Shown here: piece after piece, positions 48,218 through 57,213 of the stretch | Layout of the letters: every line of letters starts with the position of its first letter | Position numbering within the stretch: the first letter of the stretch is position 1 | Assembly (NCBI GenBank): GCA_963842085.1 | Contig: CAWJET010000001.1 | Coordinates: 2,880,001 to 2,944,000 of the forward strand | From: an uncultured delta proteobacterium | Lineage (GTDB): Bacteria; Desulfobacterota; Binatia; Binatales; Binataceae | Length of the DNA stretch: 64,000 nucleotides | Direction of reading: 5' to 3' | Position numbers and translations under genes: made by a program | Notes under the pieces: model-generated | Told to the model about the DNA's origin: nothing | What the model saw: only the letters and a program-made list of their open reading frames with translations | The model's database searches: none

Positions 48218-48286
48218 ATGGATGCGACGGCACTAAAGTTGGTGGATTTCAGGACCGGTACCACTTGGCTGACCAATCGTCGCTGA
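48218..48286 (+). pseudogene. 22-codon remnant of a second sulfotransferase N-terminus
   Basis: MDATALKLVDF------RTGTTWLTNRR* vs neighbour MASDRLMRLPEFIGLGPPRTGTTWLHR. Confidence 0.6.
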
Positions 48287-48352
48287 TATACCGGTTGAAT
48301 CGGGCCAGCGAGGCCATTTGCGGCGCCATGTTTTTCAATCACAATCCCTTCA

Positions 48353-49555
48353 ATGCCGTTGAATGCCGAAGCGCCGCCGCCGCTCGATGAACGCCTGAAA
48401 GAGACCGCGCACAAGTGCCGCGTCATGATCGTTGCCGGCGAGGCGTCGGGCGATCTTCATGGCGGCGATCTGGCGCGGGAGATTCTCGCGCGCGACCCGT
48501 CGTGCGAACTGTTCGGAATCGCGGGCGAGAAAATGCGCGCGGCCGGGGTGCGCGCGATCGTCAGGACCGAGGACATTCACGGGCTCGGACTTTCGGAGCT
48601 GGCCTCGACGATCGGGCGCACGATTGGCGCGTTTCGCGCGCTGCGCCGAATCATCCGGCGCGAGCAGCCGGACCTCGTGCTCCTGATCGACTACGCGGAG
48701 TTCAATCTGATACTTTCCGGCACGGCCCGGCGCAACGGAGTGCCGGTGCTCTACTACATCACGCCGCAAGTGTGGGCGTGGCGGCGCGGCCGAATCGACA
48801 AGCTGGTCGAGCGCGCGGATCGGCTGGCGGTGGTGCTGCCGTTCGAGGCCGAACTGTTCCATCGCGCAGGCGAGCGCGTTTCGTTCGTGGGGCATCCGCT
48901 GCTCGATCGGATCGCCACGATCCAGAACCGGGACGAGACGCTGAAGCGTCATGGCTTCCCGCCCCGCGCGCGAATCATCTCGATCCTGCCAGGCAGCCGG
49001 CGCGCCGAAGTTCGCTACCTGCTGGATCCGATGGTCAAGGCGGCGCGGATTATCGCGCGCGATCATGGCCTTGAAATAGCGCTCGCGCTGGCGCCGACGC
49101 TGACACCGGCTGAACTTGTCGAGGTGGGACGCGCGGACCTGGCGGGAATCAGGATTGTCGAGAACGACACATACAACATAGTCGCGTCGAGCGAGCTCGC
49201 GCTGGTCGCGTCGGGCACTGCCACGCTGGAGACGGCGCTGCTCGGATGCCCCGAAGTCATCGCCTACAAAGTGTCGCCGCTTACCTATATTCTAGGGCGG
49301 ATGCTCGTGACGGGGGTGGATTTTATAGGGATGCCGAACATTCTTGCGGGCCGGCAAATTGCGCCGGAACTGATCCAGGGCGACGTGACCGTCGAGAAGT
49401 TGGTGCGAGCTGCCGAGCCGCTGTTAAGCGAGACAATCCACACCGACACGGTCGCCGCGCTGAAGGCATTGCGCGAGAAGCTCGGCTCACCGGGCGCGGC
49501 GGGACGAGTCGCGACGCTCGCGCTCGAGATGATCGCGTCCAGGTCGAAGGCATGA
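48353..49555 (+). CDS. lpxB: Lipid-A-disaccharide synthase
   Basis: AGEASGDLHG, IDY.EFN, YI.PQVWAWR, LPFE, FVGHPL, LPGSR, SGTATLE. Confidence 0.96.
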   Translation: MPLNAEAPPPLDERLKETAHKCRVMIVAGEASGDLHGGDLAREILARDPSCELFGIAGEKMRAAGVRAIVRTEDIHGLGLSELASTIGRTIGAFRALRRIIRREQPDLVLLIDYAEFNLILSGTARRNGVPVLYYITPQVWAWRRGRIDKLVERADRLAVVLPFEAELFHRAGERVSFVGHPLLDRIATIQNRDETLKRHGFPPRARIISILPGSRRAEVRYLLDPMVKAARIIARDHGLEIALALAPTLTPAELVEVGRADLAGIRIVENDTYNIVASSELALVASGTATLETALLGCPEVIAYKVSPLTYILGRMLVTGVDFIGMPNILAGRQIAPELIQGDVTVEKLVRAAEPLLSETIHTDTVAALKALREKLGSPGAAGRVATLALEMIASRSKA

Positions 49556-51345
49556 AGCTGCTTACCCCAATGGAATGGCGGCTGTACGGCTACCTCCGCC
49601 GATACATGTTCCCGTTCGTGTTGTTGCTGGGTGTGGCAATGGCCCTGCTGTCGGCGGCCAGCGCTGGAATCCCGCTCATCATCAAGATGGTGGTCGATAT
49701 GGTCACCAATCTCAAAATCGCTCATCAGCTCGACGCGCACGGCGCCCTGGAGCTGCGTAAATACTCGCTGATGCTCGCCGGATTATTTTTGCTCCGCGCG
49801 CTCGCCAATTTTTCCGACGACTATTTGAGCGCGTACATATCGCAGAAGCTGGTGATGGACATCCGCGGCGATCTCAACGAGAGCCTGCAACGCCAATCGT
49901 TGAGTTTCTTCAACCGCACGCCGACCGGCGTGATGGTTTCGCGAATCATCAGCGACGTCGGCATGGTGGTCTCCAGCCTGACCGGCGGCGTGTTTTCGAT
50001 TTTCGGCGACGGCATGTCGCTGATCGCGTTGCTGGTGACGGCCTTCTACCTCGATTGGCAGCTCGCCATCATCGCCTTCATCGGTTTTCCGATCGTCGTT
50101 CTGCCGATCGCAGGTCTTTCGAAGAAAGTCCGTCGCGAGACCAAGAACCAGCAAAAGCAGTTGAGCGGCTTGCAGTCGCTGCTGGTCGAAACCTTCCAGG
50201 GCAACCGCGTCGTGAAGGCGTTCGGGATGGAAGATTACGAGCGCGCCCGCTTCAATCGCGAGCTCAAGCGGCTGTTTAGGATTTTCATGCGGGTGGCGCG
50301 GATCAAGGCGTTTACCGGGCCGCTGATCGAGGCGCTGGGCGCGATTGCGGTCGTCGTGGTGGTCTGGTGGGCGGTGGGCTCGCTGCAAGCGGGCACGCGC
50401 ACACTGGGTCAATTCGCCGGATTCTTTACCACCATGATTCTCGTTTACCGTCCATTCAAGGCGCTCGGCAAAACCAACAACACAATCCAGCAAGGGCTTG
50501 CCGCGGCCGAACGGGTCTTCGAGATGATGGATCAGCCGAGCGAGGTTCCCGACGACCCCGACGGAATCGAGCTGCATCCCGGCCCGCACAGCGTCGCCTT
50601 CGAGCACGTCAGTTTCCGCTACGGCGACGAGTGGGTGCTGCACGACATCAACCTGGAGATTGGCGCGGGCAAGGTCGTGGCGCTGGTCGGGATGAGCGGC
50701 GGCGGCAAGTCCACGATGGCAGATTTGATTCCGCGTTTTTATGACGTGCAGCAAGGACGCGTCACGGTCGATGGAATCGACGTGCGCCGGCTGCGGCTCA
50801 AGTCGCTGCGCGCGGAAATCGGCCTGGTCACTCAGACTACCTTTCTGTTCGACGACACGATTCGCGCCAATATCGCGTACGGCAGCAGCGACAAACATCT
50901 CGAGCGCGTAGTCGCGGCCGCCAAGCTCGCCAACGCTCACGACTTTATCTCGCGGCTGCCCAACGGCTACGACACGATGGTGGGCGAACTCGGCGTGCGC
51001 ATCTCGGGCGGCGAGCGCCAGCGAATCGCGATCGCGCGGGCGCTGCTCAAGGACGCGCCGATTCTGATCCTGGACGAGGCCACCTCGTCACTGGACTCCG
51101 CCGCCGAGCGCTCGGTGCAGGAAGCGCTTGATCACCTGATGGCCAACCGCACCACGCTGGTGATAGCGCATCGGCTGTCCACCGTGCGCCGCGCCGACCG
51201 GATCGTGGTAGTCGTTCACGGCCGTATCGTCGAGGATGGTACGCACGACGAATTGTTTGCGCGCGGGCAGGAGTACCGAAAGCTCTACGACCTGCAATTC
51301 ATGTCGCCCGAAGATCTGGCCGGCAACGGCGGTCTCATCAACTGA
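49552..51345 (+). CDS. msbA: Lipid A flippase ABC transporter MsbA
   Basis: ATGA overlap with lpxB; TM domain followed by NBD ([33 protein letters not shown]). Confidence 0.9.
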   Translation: MKLLTPMEWRLYGYLRRYMFPFVLLLGVAMALLSAASAGIPLIIKMVVDMVTNLKIAHQLDAHGALELRKYSLMLAGLFLLRALANFSDDYLSAYISQKLVMDIRGDLNESLQRQSLSFFNRTPTGVMVSRIISDVGMVVSSLTGGVFSIFGDGMSLIALLVTAFYLDWQLAIIAFIGFPIVVLPIAGLSKKVRRETKNQQKQLSGLQSLLVETFQGNRVVKAFGMEDYERARFNRELKRLFRIFMRVARIKAFTGPLIEALGAIAVVVVVWWAVGSLQAGTRTLGQFAGFFTTMILVYRPFKALGKTNNTIQQGLAAAERVFEMMDQPSEVPDDPDGIELHPGPHSVAFEHVSFRYGDEWVLHDINLEIGAGKVVALVGMSGGGKSTMADLIPRFYDVQQGRVTVDGIDVRRLRLKSLRAEIGLVTQTTFLFDDTIRANIAYGSSDKHLERVVAAAKLANAHDFISRLPNGYDTMVGELGVRISGGERQRIAIARALLKDAPILILDEATSSLDSAAERSVQEALDHLMANRTTLVIAHRLSTVRRADRIVVVVHGRIVEDGTHDELFARGQEYRKLYDLQFMSPEDLAGNGGLIN

Positions 51346-51398
51346 GAATCGCCGGTCGTAAGTTCGACTCGTCAGGTGTGCCGATCGGCGAGGCTTCG

Positions 51399-52667
51399 AT
51401 GCTAAGCGCGCTGTACAATTTGCTGTGGTATCCGGCCCTGCCGTTTGCGCTGCTGGCCACGCATCCGGCGAATATGCGCGACTATCGCGAGCGCATGGGC
51501 CACTGTGATTTTCCGGATACCGCGGGCGCGCCGCGAATCTGGGTGCATGCGGCGTCGGTCGGCGAGATCGAGGCGATTCGGCCGGTCGCCAACGGTCTGC
51601 TCGAACTTCATCCGGGCGCGTTCATGGCAATCACCACGATGACGGCGGCGGGACGCGAGGCGGCCGAGCGCCGAATCCCGGGCGCCGCGGCGTGGATGCT
51701 GGCGCCGCTGGACAATCGGCGCGCGGTGCGCTCGTTCCTGGAGCGCATCCGGCCGAGGCTTGTGCTGATCACCGAAACTGAAATCTGGCCCAACTACTTC
51801 ATCGAATCCGCGCGGGCGGGCGCAACGGTTGCTGTTGTCAACGGCCGGATGTCCGAGCGCTCGTTGCGCCGTTACTTGCGCGCGCGCGGCCTGTTCGAAT
51901 ACGCGCTTGGCCAGGCGACCCTGATTCTGACGCAGAGCCATGAAGACGCGCAGCGTTACGCGAGGTTCGAGCTCGCGCCAAAGGTGATCGTCACCGGCAA
52001 TACCAAGATCGAAGCGGCGTACGCGGATCCGGCAAACGAAGAACCGATTCGTCCCGCGCTGCTGGCGTTTGCCCCCGGGCGGAAAATTTTTATCGCGGGC
52101 TCAACGGCGGCAGGCGAAGACGCCGTCATTGCAGACGCCTACCGCGAATTGCGCAAGGACTTCCCGCAGCTCGCGCTGTCGATAGCGCCGCGTCATCTCG
52201 ATCGCACGCCGCAGGTCGAAAACGCGCTGCGTGCGGCATCGCTCGAATATGTTAAAGCGTCGGAACTCAATTTATCGACCGCCGCGCGCGACGCGGACGT
52301 GCTGATTCTCGACACGATGGGCGAGCTGCGCAGCTTCTATCGCCGCGGCTCGATCGCGTTCGTCGGCGGCAGCCTCGCGCAGGGGCGTGGTGGGCAAAAT
52401 CCGGCCGAGCCGGCGTTGGCCGAAGTGCCGGTCCTGATCGGCCCGTATCACGAGAACCAGCAGCAGACAGTGGCGTCGCTGGTTGGTTCGGGCGGCGCGC
52501 GAATTGTCAAGGACGCGCGCGACATAGTCCGCGAAACTTCGAGCTGGCTCGGCGACGACGCCGCGCGGCAGGATGCAGGCCGGCGCGCACGCGCGTCCGT
52601 GAGCGCAGGGGCGGGCGGCGCGCAGCTCGCCTTGAAGCAGCTCGAAGCGCTCATTAGTCTCGGCTGA
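51399..52667 (+). CDS. waaA: Kdo transferase WaaA/KdtA
   Basis: IWVHAASVGE, ETEIWPN, NGRMS, GN.K, APRH, DTMGEL, FVGGSL, GGQNP.EP. Confidence 0.95.
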   Translation: MLSALYNLLWYPALPFALLATHPANMRDYRERMGHCDFPDTAGAPRIWVHAASVGEIEAIRPVANGLLELHPGAFMAITTMTAAGREAAERRIPGAAAWMLAPLDNRRAVRSFLERIRPRLVLITETEIWPNYFIESARAGATVAVVNGRMSERSLRRYLRARGLFEYALGQATLILTQSHEDAQRYARFELAPKVIVTGNTKIEAAYADPANEEPIRPALLAFAPGRKIFIAGSTAAGEDAVIADAYRELRKDFPQLALSIAPRHLDRTPQVENALRAASLEYVKASELNLSTAARDADVLILDTMGELRSFYRRGSIAFVGGSLAQGRGGQNPAEPALAEVPVLIGPYHENQQQTVASLVGSGGARIVKDARDIVRETSSWLGDDAARQDAGRRARASVSAGAGGAQLALKQLEALISLG

Positions 52668-52670
52668 CCG

Positions 52671-53792
52671 ATGCCCCCGAGCCAGCCGAGTCCGAATCGC
52701 CCGCGAATCGAGCGATTGTGGCAGCGCGATCTCCCCGTTCGCATGCTTCCGGCGTGGGCCGGGCTCGCGGCTGCGGCGGGATTGTACCGAGTCGGCGTCG
52801 GCGCACGTCATCTCTACTGGCGCATGATGAAGCGGCGGTCACCGGTGCTGACCGTGAGCGTGGGCAATCTGAGCGTCGGCGGAACCGGCAAGACCCCTTT
52901 CACGTTGTTTCTCGCCAGGCGCTTGCAGAGCCACGGCCTGCGCGTCGCAATCGTGAGCCGGGGCTACCATCGCGCGCGATCCAGGGCGCGCGCCGAGCTG
53001 GTGGCTGACGGCGGCAGTCTGAAAGTCTCGCCGGAAGATGCAGGCGACGAACCGGCGATGATGGCAAAGTCGTTCACCGGTCCGATTGCGGTTGCGCGCC
53101 GGCGGCTCGACGGGATCGAGCTGCTGCGCAAGCTCGGCCCGCTCGACGCGGTGATCCTTGACGATGCCTTTCAGCACGTGCGTCTGAGTCGCGACGTGGA
53201 TCTCGTCCTGGTGAGCAACGAACTTGGCTTTGGCAATGGCTGGATGCTCCCGGCCGGGCCGATGCGCGAATCGCTCCGCGCGGCCGCTCGCGCGGACGCG
53301 ATCATCGTAATGCGCTCAGGTTCCGGCGCGTCGGCAATTCGGCCGTCGCAAATGAAGAAACTGACCGCGCGCAAGTTGCTGCATGCGTCAGTGCGGCCGC
53401 GCGCGTTCATTGTCACCGAAAACGGTGTGTGGCGCGAAACCCCGCTGGGACTGGGCGGACGGCGCGTACTGGCGGTCAGCGGCCTGGCGGATTCAAGCGC
53501 GTTCTACGCGATGCTGCGCGAACTCGACGCGGAGCTGGTCGGCGTTTTCGACTATCCGGACCATCACGCCTACACCAACGCCGACTGGCAGGCTATCGTG
53601 AATGCGATGCGCGACACCGGCCTGGTCATTACGACTGAGAAGGACCTGGTCAAGCTGGAGCGGTTTCCGTTCCCGCGCGATTCGCTATACGCTCTCAGGC
53701 TCGAAGTGACGATGGATGCCGCTGATGCGCGCGCGCTCGACGAGTTGATACTGGGGCGCATGACCGCGGCGGCGACGGCGGCTGATGCATAG
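52671..53792 (+). CDS. lpxK: Tetraacyldisaccharide 4'-kinase
   Basis: SVGNLSVGGTGKTP, SRGY, GDEP, LDDAFQH, LPAGP.RE, PDHH, TTEKD.VK. Confidence 0.96.
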   Translation: MPPSQPSPNRPRIERLWQRDLPVRMLPAWAGLAAAAGLYRVGVGARHLYWRMMKRRSPVLTVSVGNLSVGGTGKTPFTLFLARRLQSHGLRVAIVSRGYHRARSRARAELVADGGSLKVSPEDAGDEPAMMAKSFTGPIAVARRRLDGIELLRKLGPLDAVILDDAFQHVRLSRDVDLVLVSNELGFGNGWMLPAGPMRESLRAAARADAIIVMRSGSGASAIRPSQMKKLTARKLLHASVRPRAFIVTENGVWRETPLGLGGRRVLAVSGLADSSAFYAMLRELDAELVGVFDYPDHHAYTNADWQAIVNAMRDTGLVITTEKDLVKLERFPFPRDSLYALRLEVTMDAADARALDELILGRMTAAATAADA

Positions 53793-53825
53793 CAGGGAAA
53801 ATAAAGTGCTTGGAGGATTTCGGCG

Positions 53826-53996
53826 ATGGCGCTGAGTCAGGAATTGCTCGACATCCTGGCGTGCCCGAAATGCAAGGGCGAGCTGCATCTCAACGACAAG
53901 CAGGACGGCCTGGTCTGCGGCGCTTGCAGACTCGAGTATCCGGTGCGCGATGACATTCCAATCATGCTGATCGAGGAAGCCAAACCGATCGCGTAA
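53826..53996 (+). CDS. ycaR: Trm112/YcaR family protein (56 aa)
   Basis: Not in the track; GGAGG upstream; MALSQELLDILACPKCKGEL...LVC..C.LEYPVRDDIPIML..EA; usual position after lpxK. Confidence 0.92.
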   Translation: MALSQELLDILACPKCKGELHLNDKQDGLVCGACRLEYPVRDDIPIMLIEEAKPIA

Positions 53997-54039
53997 CCTC
54001 GCCGCGGCGCGCGGCCAGCCTGCCTTCCGCAACGAAAAA

Positions 54040-55236
54040 ATGAAAAAGCTCGACGTGACGCGCGCCCGCCAGCTCGCATGGCTCGCGCTCGGCGCGTACC
54101 TCGTCGGGCTCGGCGTCTCGGCAACGCTTCGGTCGCAGGGCGACTTCAACGTCTACTATCGCGCCGGACATCGCGTCCTTCACGGCCGCGCGATCTATCC
54201 GCCCGGCGATTCCGATCGATTCCTCTACGCGCCGGTCTTCGCGATCGGGTTCGCACCGCTCGCGGCGCTGCCACACCATCTTGCGCAACTTGTCTTCTTC
54301 GCGGTCAACGCATTTTCGCTGATTGAATTTATTTCAGGCTCGGGCGTGATTCTGTTCGGCCGTGAACGGCAACTGCCGGCCGCGCTGCTCGTCGTCCCCG
54401 TGCTGCTGTCATTCCGATTCATCGACAACAACATCGAGCACGGCCAGATAAATCTCCCGACGCTGGCGCTGCTCGTGTGGGCGATCATTTACGCCGACGA
54501 GTCTCGCGATGCGTGGGCGGGCCTGATGCTGGCGGCGGCGATCCTCATCAAGCCGTTCGGATTGCTGGCCGCGCTTCATCTCGCGCTTCGCCGGCGCTTT
54601 GCTGCGCTGGGATGGGCTGTGGCGTCGGGAGTCGCCCTGATGGTCGTGCCAATCGTGATCTTCGGGCCGCGCGGATGGCTCGATCAGACCGGCGCATACG
54701 CGGCCGCAATCGCTTCGATGACGAATCGATATCGCACGATGCTCACGAATCAATCGGCCGTATCTGCGGTCGCGCGGCTGATGAGTCTTCGCGTCGGGAT
54801 TGACGCGGAAACGTCGGCAACCGCCGTGATTGTCGGCATGGGATTCGAGATAGTGCTCGTCGCCGCGGTGTCGCTGTGGGATTGGATGAGCAATGAGCAC
54901 AGGCGCGGAAACTTCGCAAGCCGCCTCGCGCTCTGCGGCTTGTTCTGCCTGATGCCCTCGTTCATGCCGATTTCGTGGAAAAGCTACTACGCGGCGATGC
55001 TCGTCCCGTACATGGCTCTGACCGCGGCGCTGTGGACCGATCGTGCGGCCGGCGAGAGCCCGTTGATTTCGGTGTGGACGCTATTCGCGCTTTCCGTTCT
55101 GCTCAATCTCGCGACCGGCAACTACTTGAACCGCGTCGCCCTCTTTTACTCGGCGCATTTCCTTTCGTCGTTGCTCGCCCTCGCTGCTCTTTTCGTTTTG
55201 TGGCTTCGAACTGTTGACGAGGCAGTCCAGGCGTGA
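54040..55236 (+). CDS. GT87/DUF2029 family polytopic (GT-C) glycosyltransferase
   Basis: DFNVYYRAG, FLYAP, GQINL, IKP, NQS; many TM segments. Confidence 0.82.
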   Translation: MKKLDVTRARQLAWLALGAYLVGLGVSATLRSQGDFNVYYRAGHRVLHGRAIYPPGDSDRFLYAPVFAIGFAPLAALPHHLAQLVFFAVNAFSLIEFISGSGVILFGRERQLPAALLVVPVLLSFRFIDNNIEHGQINLPTLALLVWAIIYADESRDAWAGLMLAAAILIKPFGLLAALHLALRRRFAALGWAVASGVALMVVPIVIFGPRGWLDQTGAYAAAIASMTNRYRTMLTNQSAVSAVARLMSLRVGIDAETSATAVIVGMGFEIVLVAAVSLWDWMSNEHRRGNFASRLALCGLFCLMPSFMPISWKSYYAAMLVPYMALTAALWTDRAAGESPLISVWTLFALSVLLNLATGNYLNRVALFYSAHFLSSLLALAALFVLWLRTVDEAVQA

Positions 55237-55976
55237 GACCGCCTTCGCAAATGAAGTGGCGCGTTGCTCCGGACTTCGCGGCGTTCAGGATTGGACGCCG
55301 CGAACTCGTGATTCATCGCGACCTTGCACCTCATGCCGCGCAAATCGTCCAGCAGCTCGGCGCGCTCACGTCCGCTGTGGAAGCGGGTGCGGGAAATCGA
55401 GGAAGCGCATTTCGGCTGGACCTCGGCGGCGGGCTCGAGCTGTTCGTGCGCCACGGCCGGCGCGGCGGAATGATCGCATCGATCCTTAGCGACATTTACG
55501 TGGGCACGACGCCGCGCCCCCTGACCGAAATTGCCGTGACGATCGAAGCGATGCGCCGGGGAGTTCCCGTCGCTGAGCCGATGGGCGCGATGGTCGAATG
55601 GATCGGCCCCGCTCTCTATCGTGGATTTTTTCTGACTCGTGCGGTGCGCGGAATGACGCTATGGGAATTCGTGAAGACCGACGACGATCCAACGGTTCGC
55701 GGTCACGTTCTCGCGCAGGCGCGCGCGGCGATCGATACGATGCACCAAAAGGGGCTCTTTCACGCCGATCTCAACCTGCACAACTTGCTGGTGACGCAAG
55801 CGCGCGAGAGTTTTACCGTGATTATCATCGACCTCGACAAGGCTCGCCTCTTCGACGCGCCGTTGTCGCCTGCGATGCGCCGCGCGAACTTGGCGCGCTT
55901 GATACGGTCTGCGCGCAAGCTCGATCCGTCCGGGCAATTTCTCGACGCATCCGCGCTGTCGATTCTGCAGGGGTGA
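55233..55976 (+). CDS. Kdo kinase / LPS kinase (KdkA-like)
   Basis: RH.RRGG, H..G..HADLNLHNLL, IDLDK, NLARL.RS..K. Confidence 0.85.
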   Translation: MRPPSQMKWRVAPDFAAFRIGRRELVIHRDLAPHAAQIVQQLGALTSAVEAGAGNRGSAFRLDLGGGLELFVRHGRRGGMIASILSDIYVGTTPRPLTEIAVTIEAMRRGVPVAEPMGAMVEWIGPALYRGFFLTRAVRGMTLWEFVKTDDDPTVRGHVLAQARAAIDTMHQKGLFHADLNLHNLLVTQARESFTVIIIDLDKARLFDAPLSPAMRRANLARLIRSARKLDPSGQFLDASALSILQG

Positions 55977-55996
55977 CCCCTGCACCCAGTGTTAAG
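55966..55996. repeat. Palindromic element, second copy (first at 21571)
   Basis: tgcagggg-tga-cccctgca-cccagtgttaag vs ggcagggggtgacccctgcacccaatattag. Confidence 0.6.
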
Positions 55997-56130
55997 ACAA
56001 AGAGATGCAGGACTTCGTCCCTGTTAGACGGGGTTGATCAAGAAAGCGCCAGCAGTGGTGCAGGAGGTCATGGCAGATTCTGGAAAAGGCTGACGGAGGC
56101 TTTGTTCTAAGGATTTTGCAGGCGGCCTGC

Positions 56131-56167
56131 TTGACCGCGGCGTTTAAACATTGTAGATACGTATCTA
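56131..56167 (+). promoter_or_regulatory. mazEF promoter with palindromic autorepression operator
   Basis: TTGACC at 56131; perfect palindrome TAGATACGTATCTA at 56154-56167 ending at the A of the mazE ATG; no SD. Confidence 0.6.
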
Positions 56168-56406
56168 TGCAAACGATTTCGAAGTGGGGCAATAGCCTTG
56201 CGGTGCGCATCCCTGCCGTGTTTGCGGAAACGGCCGGGCTTGAGGAGGGTACCGTGGTCGATCTGAAGGTTCGACGCGGCCGGCTGCTGGTAATTCCTGC
56301 TGAATCGCCCGCATACGATCTGCATCAACTCGTCAAGCGGCTTACGCCAAAGAACCGCCACCGATTGGTCGATTGGGGCAAGCCGATCGGCAAGGAAGCC
56401 TGGTAA
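56167..56406 (+). CDS. mazE: MazE/AbrB-type antitoxin
   Basis: ISKWGNSLAVRIP, YDL..LV...P.N.H...DWGKP.GKE.W. Confidence 0.93.
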   Translation: MQTISKWGNSLAVRIPAVFAETAGLEEGTVVDLKVRRGRLLVIPAESPAYDLHQLVKRLTPKNRHRLVDWGKPIGKEAW

Positions 56407-56412
56407 TCAGCC

Positions 56413-56751
56413 ACGGCGAGATACGTTCCAGAACGCGGCGATTTTGTCGATTTGGATTTCGATCCCGCACTGGGACGAGAGCAGGCCGGCGCGCGTCCCG
56501 CCCTTGTACTGACTGAGGCTGCGTTCAACGCGAAAACAGATCTGGCGGTGGTGTGCCCGATCACGAGCAAAATAAAAGGTTATCCCTTTGAGGTCGTGAT
56601 TCCGGTCGGATTGCCGGTCAATGGCGCGATCCTGGTCGATCAATTGAAAACCGTCGATTGGAAAAGCCGCACGGCAAGACATCTCGGAAAATGTCCGAAG
56701 AACGCTGTTGCCGAAGTGGCGGCCAAACTTCGGGCGCTGCTCGGCCTGTAA
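56413..56751 (+). CDS. mazF: MazF/PemK endoribonuclease toxin, no canonical start (ACG at the expected position)
   Basis: ARYVPERGD..FDP..GREQAGARPALVL, CPITS, YPFEV, DQLKTVDW. Confidence 0.85.
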   Translation, partial: TARYVPERGDFVDLDFDPALGREQAGARPALVLTEAAFNAKTDLAVVCPITSKIKGYPFEVVIPVGLPVNGAILVDQLKTVDWKSRTARHLGKCPKNAVAEVAAKLRALLGL

Positions 56752-56829
56752 TGCAATGGCGCGGTTCAAAAGACCCTGGCCATTCCGAATCTGGAATGAT
56801 CCCGCTTCCCGCGAGCACGAATTCAGTTT

Positions 56830-57213
56830 TCAGTCACGCTTCAGCGCGAGCGCGTCTATCTCGATTCGCGCGCCGCGCGGCAGCGCCGCCACCTGCACCG
56901 TCGAGCGCGCCGGATACGGCGGGTCGAAGTGCTCGCCGTACACGCGGTTCACGATTTCAAATTCGGCGAGATCGACCATGAAGATTGTCGTCTTGACGAC
57001 ATCGACGAAATCCAGCCCGGCGGCGGCGAGCACCTCGCCAAGGTTCTGCAGCACGCGCCGGGTCTCGAATTCGATTCCGCCTTCGACGATCTTCCCCGAC
57101 GCCGGGTCGAGCGCGATTTGTCCCGAGCAGAAGACGATGCCGTTTTGCTCGACCGCCTGCGAATACGGACCAATCGCGGCCGGCGCATTCCTGGTGTGAA
57201 TCGAATTTTTCAT
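56830..57213 (-). CDS. ridA: RidA/YjgF enamine-imine deaminase
   Basis: APAAIGPYSQAV, SGQIALDP, VVKTT.F, PARSTVQVAALP, IEID. Confidence 0.94.
   Translation of the reverse strand: MKNSIHTRNAPAAIGPYSQAVEQNGIVFCSGQIALDPASGKIVEGGIEFETRRVLQNLGEVLAAAGLDFVDVVKTTIFMVDLAEFEIVNRVYGEHFDPPYPARSTVQVAALPRGARIEIDALALKRD

Noticed and set aside
56062-56093. Micro-ORF MADSGKG after AGGAGG
   Set aside because: SD-to-ATG spacing is about 2 nt, too short; no other support
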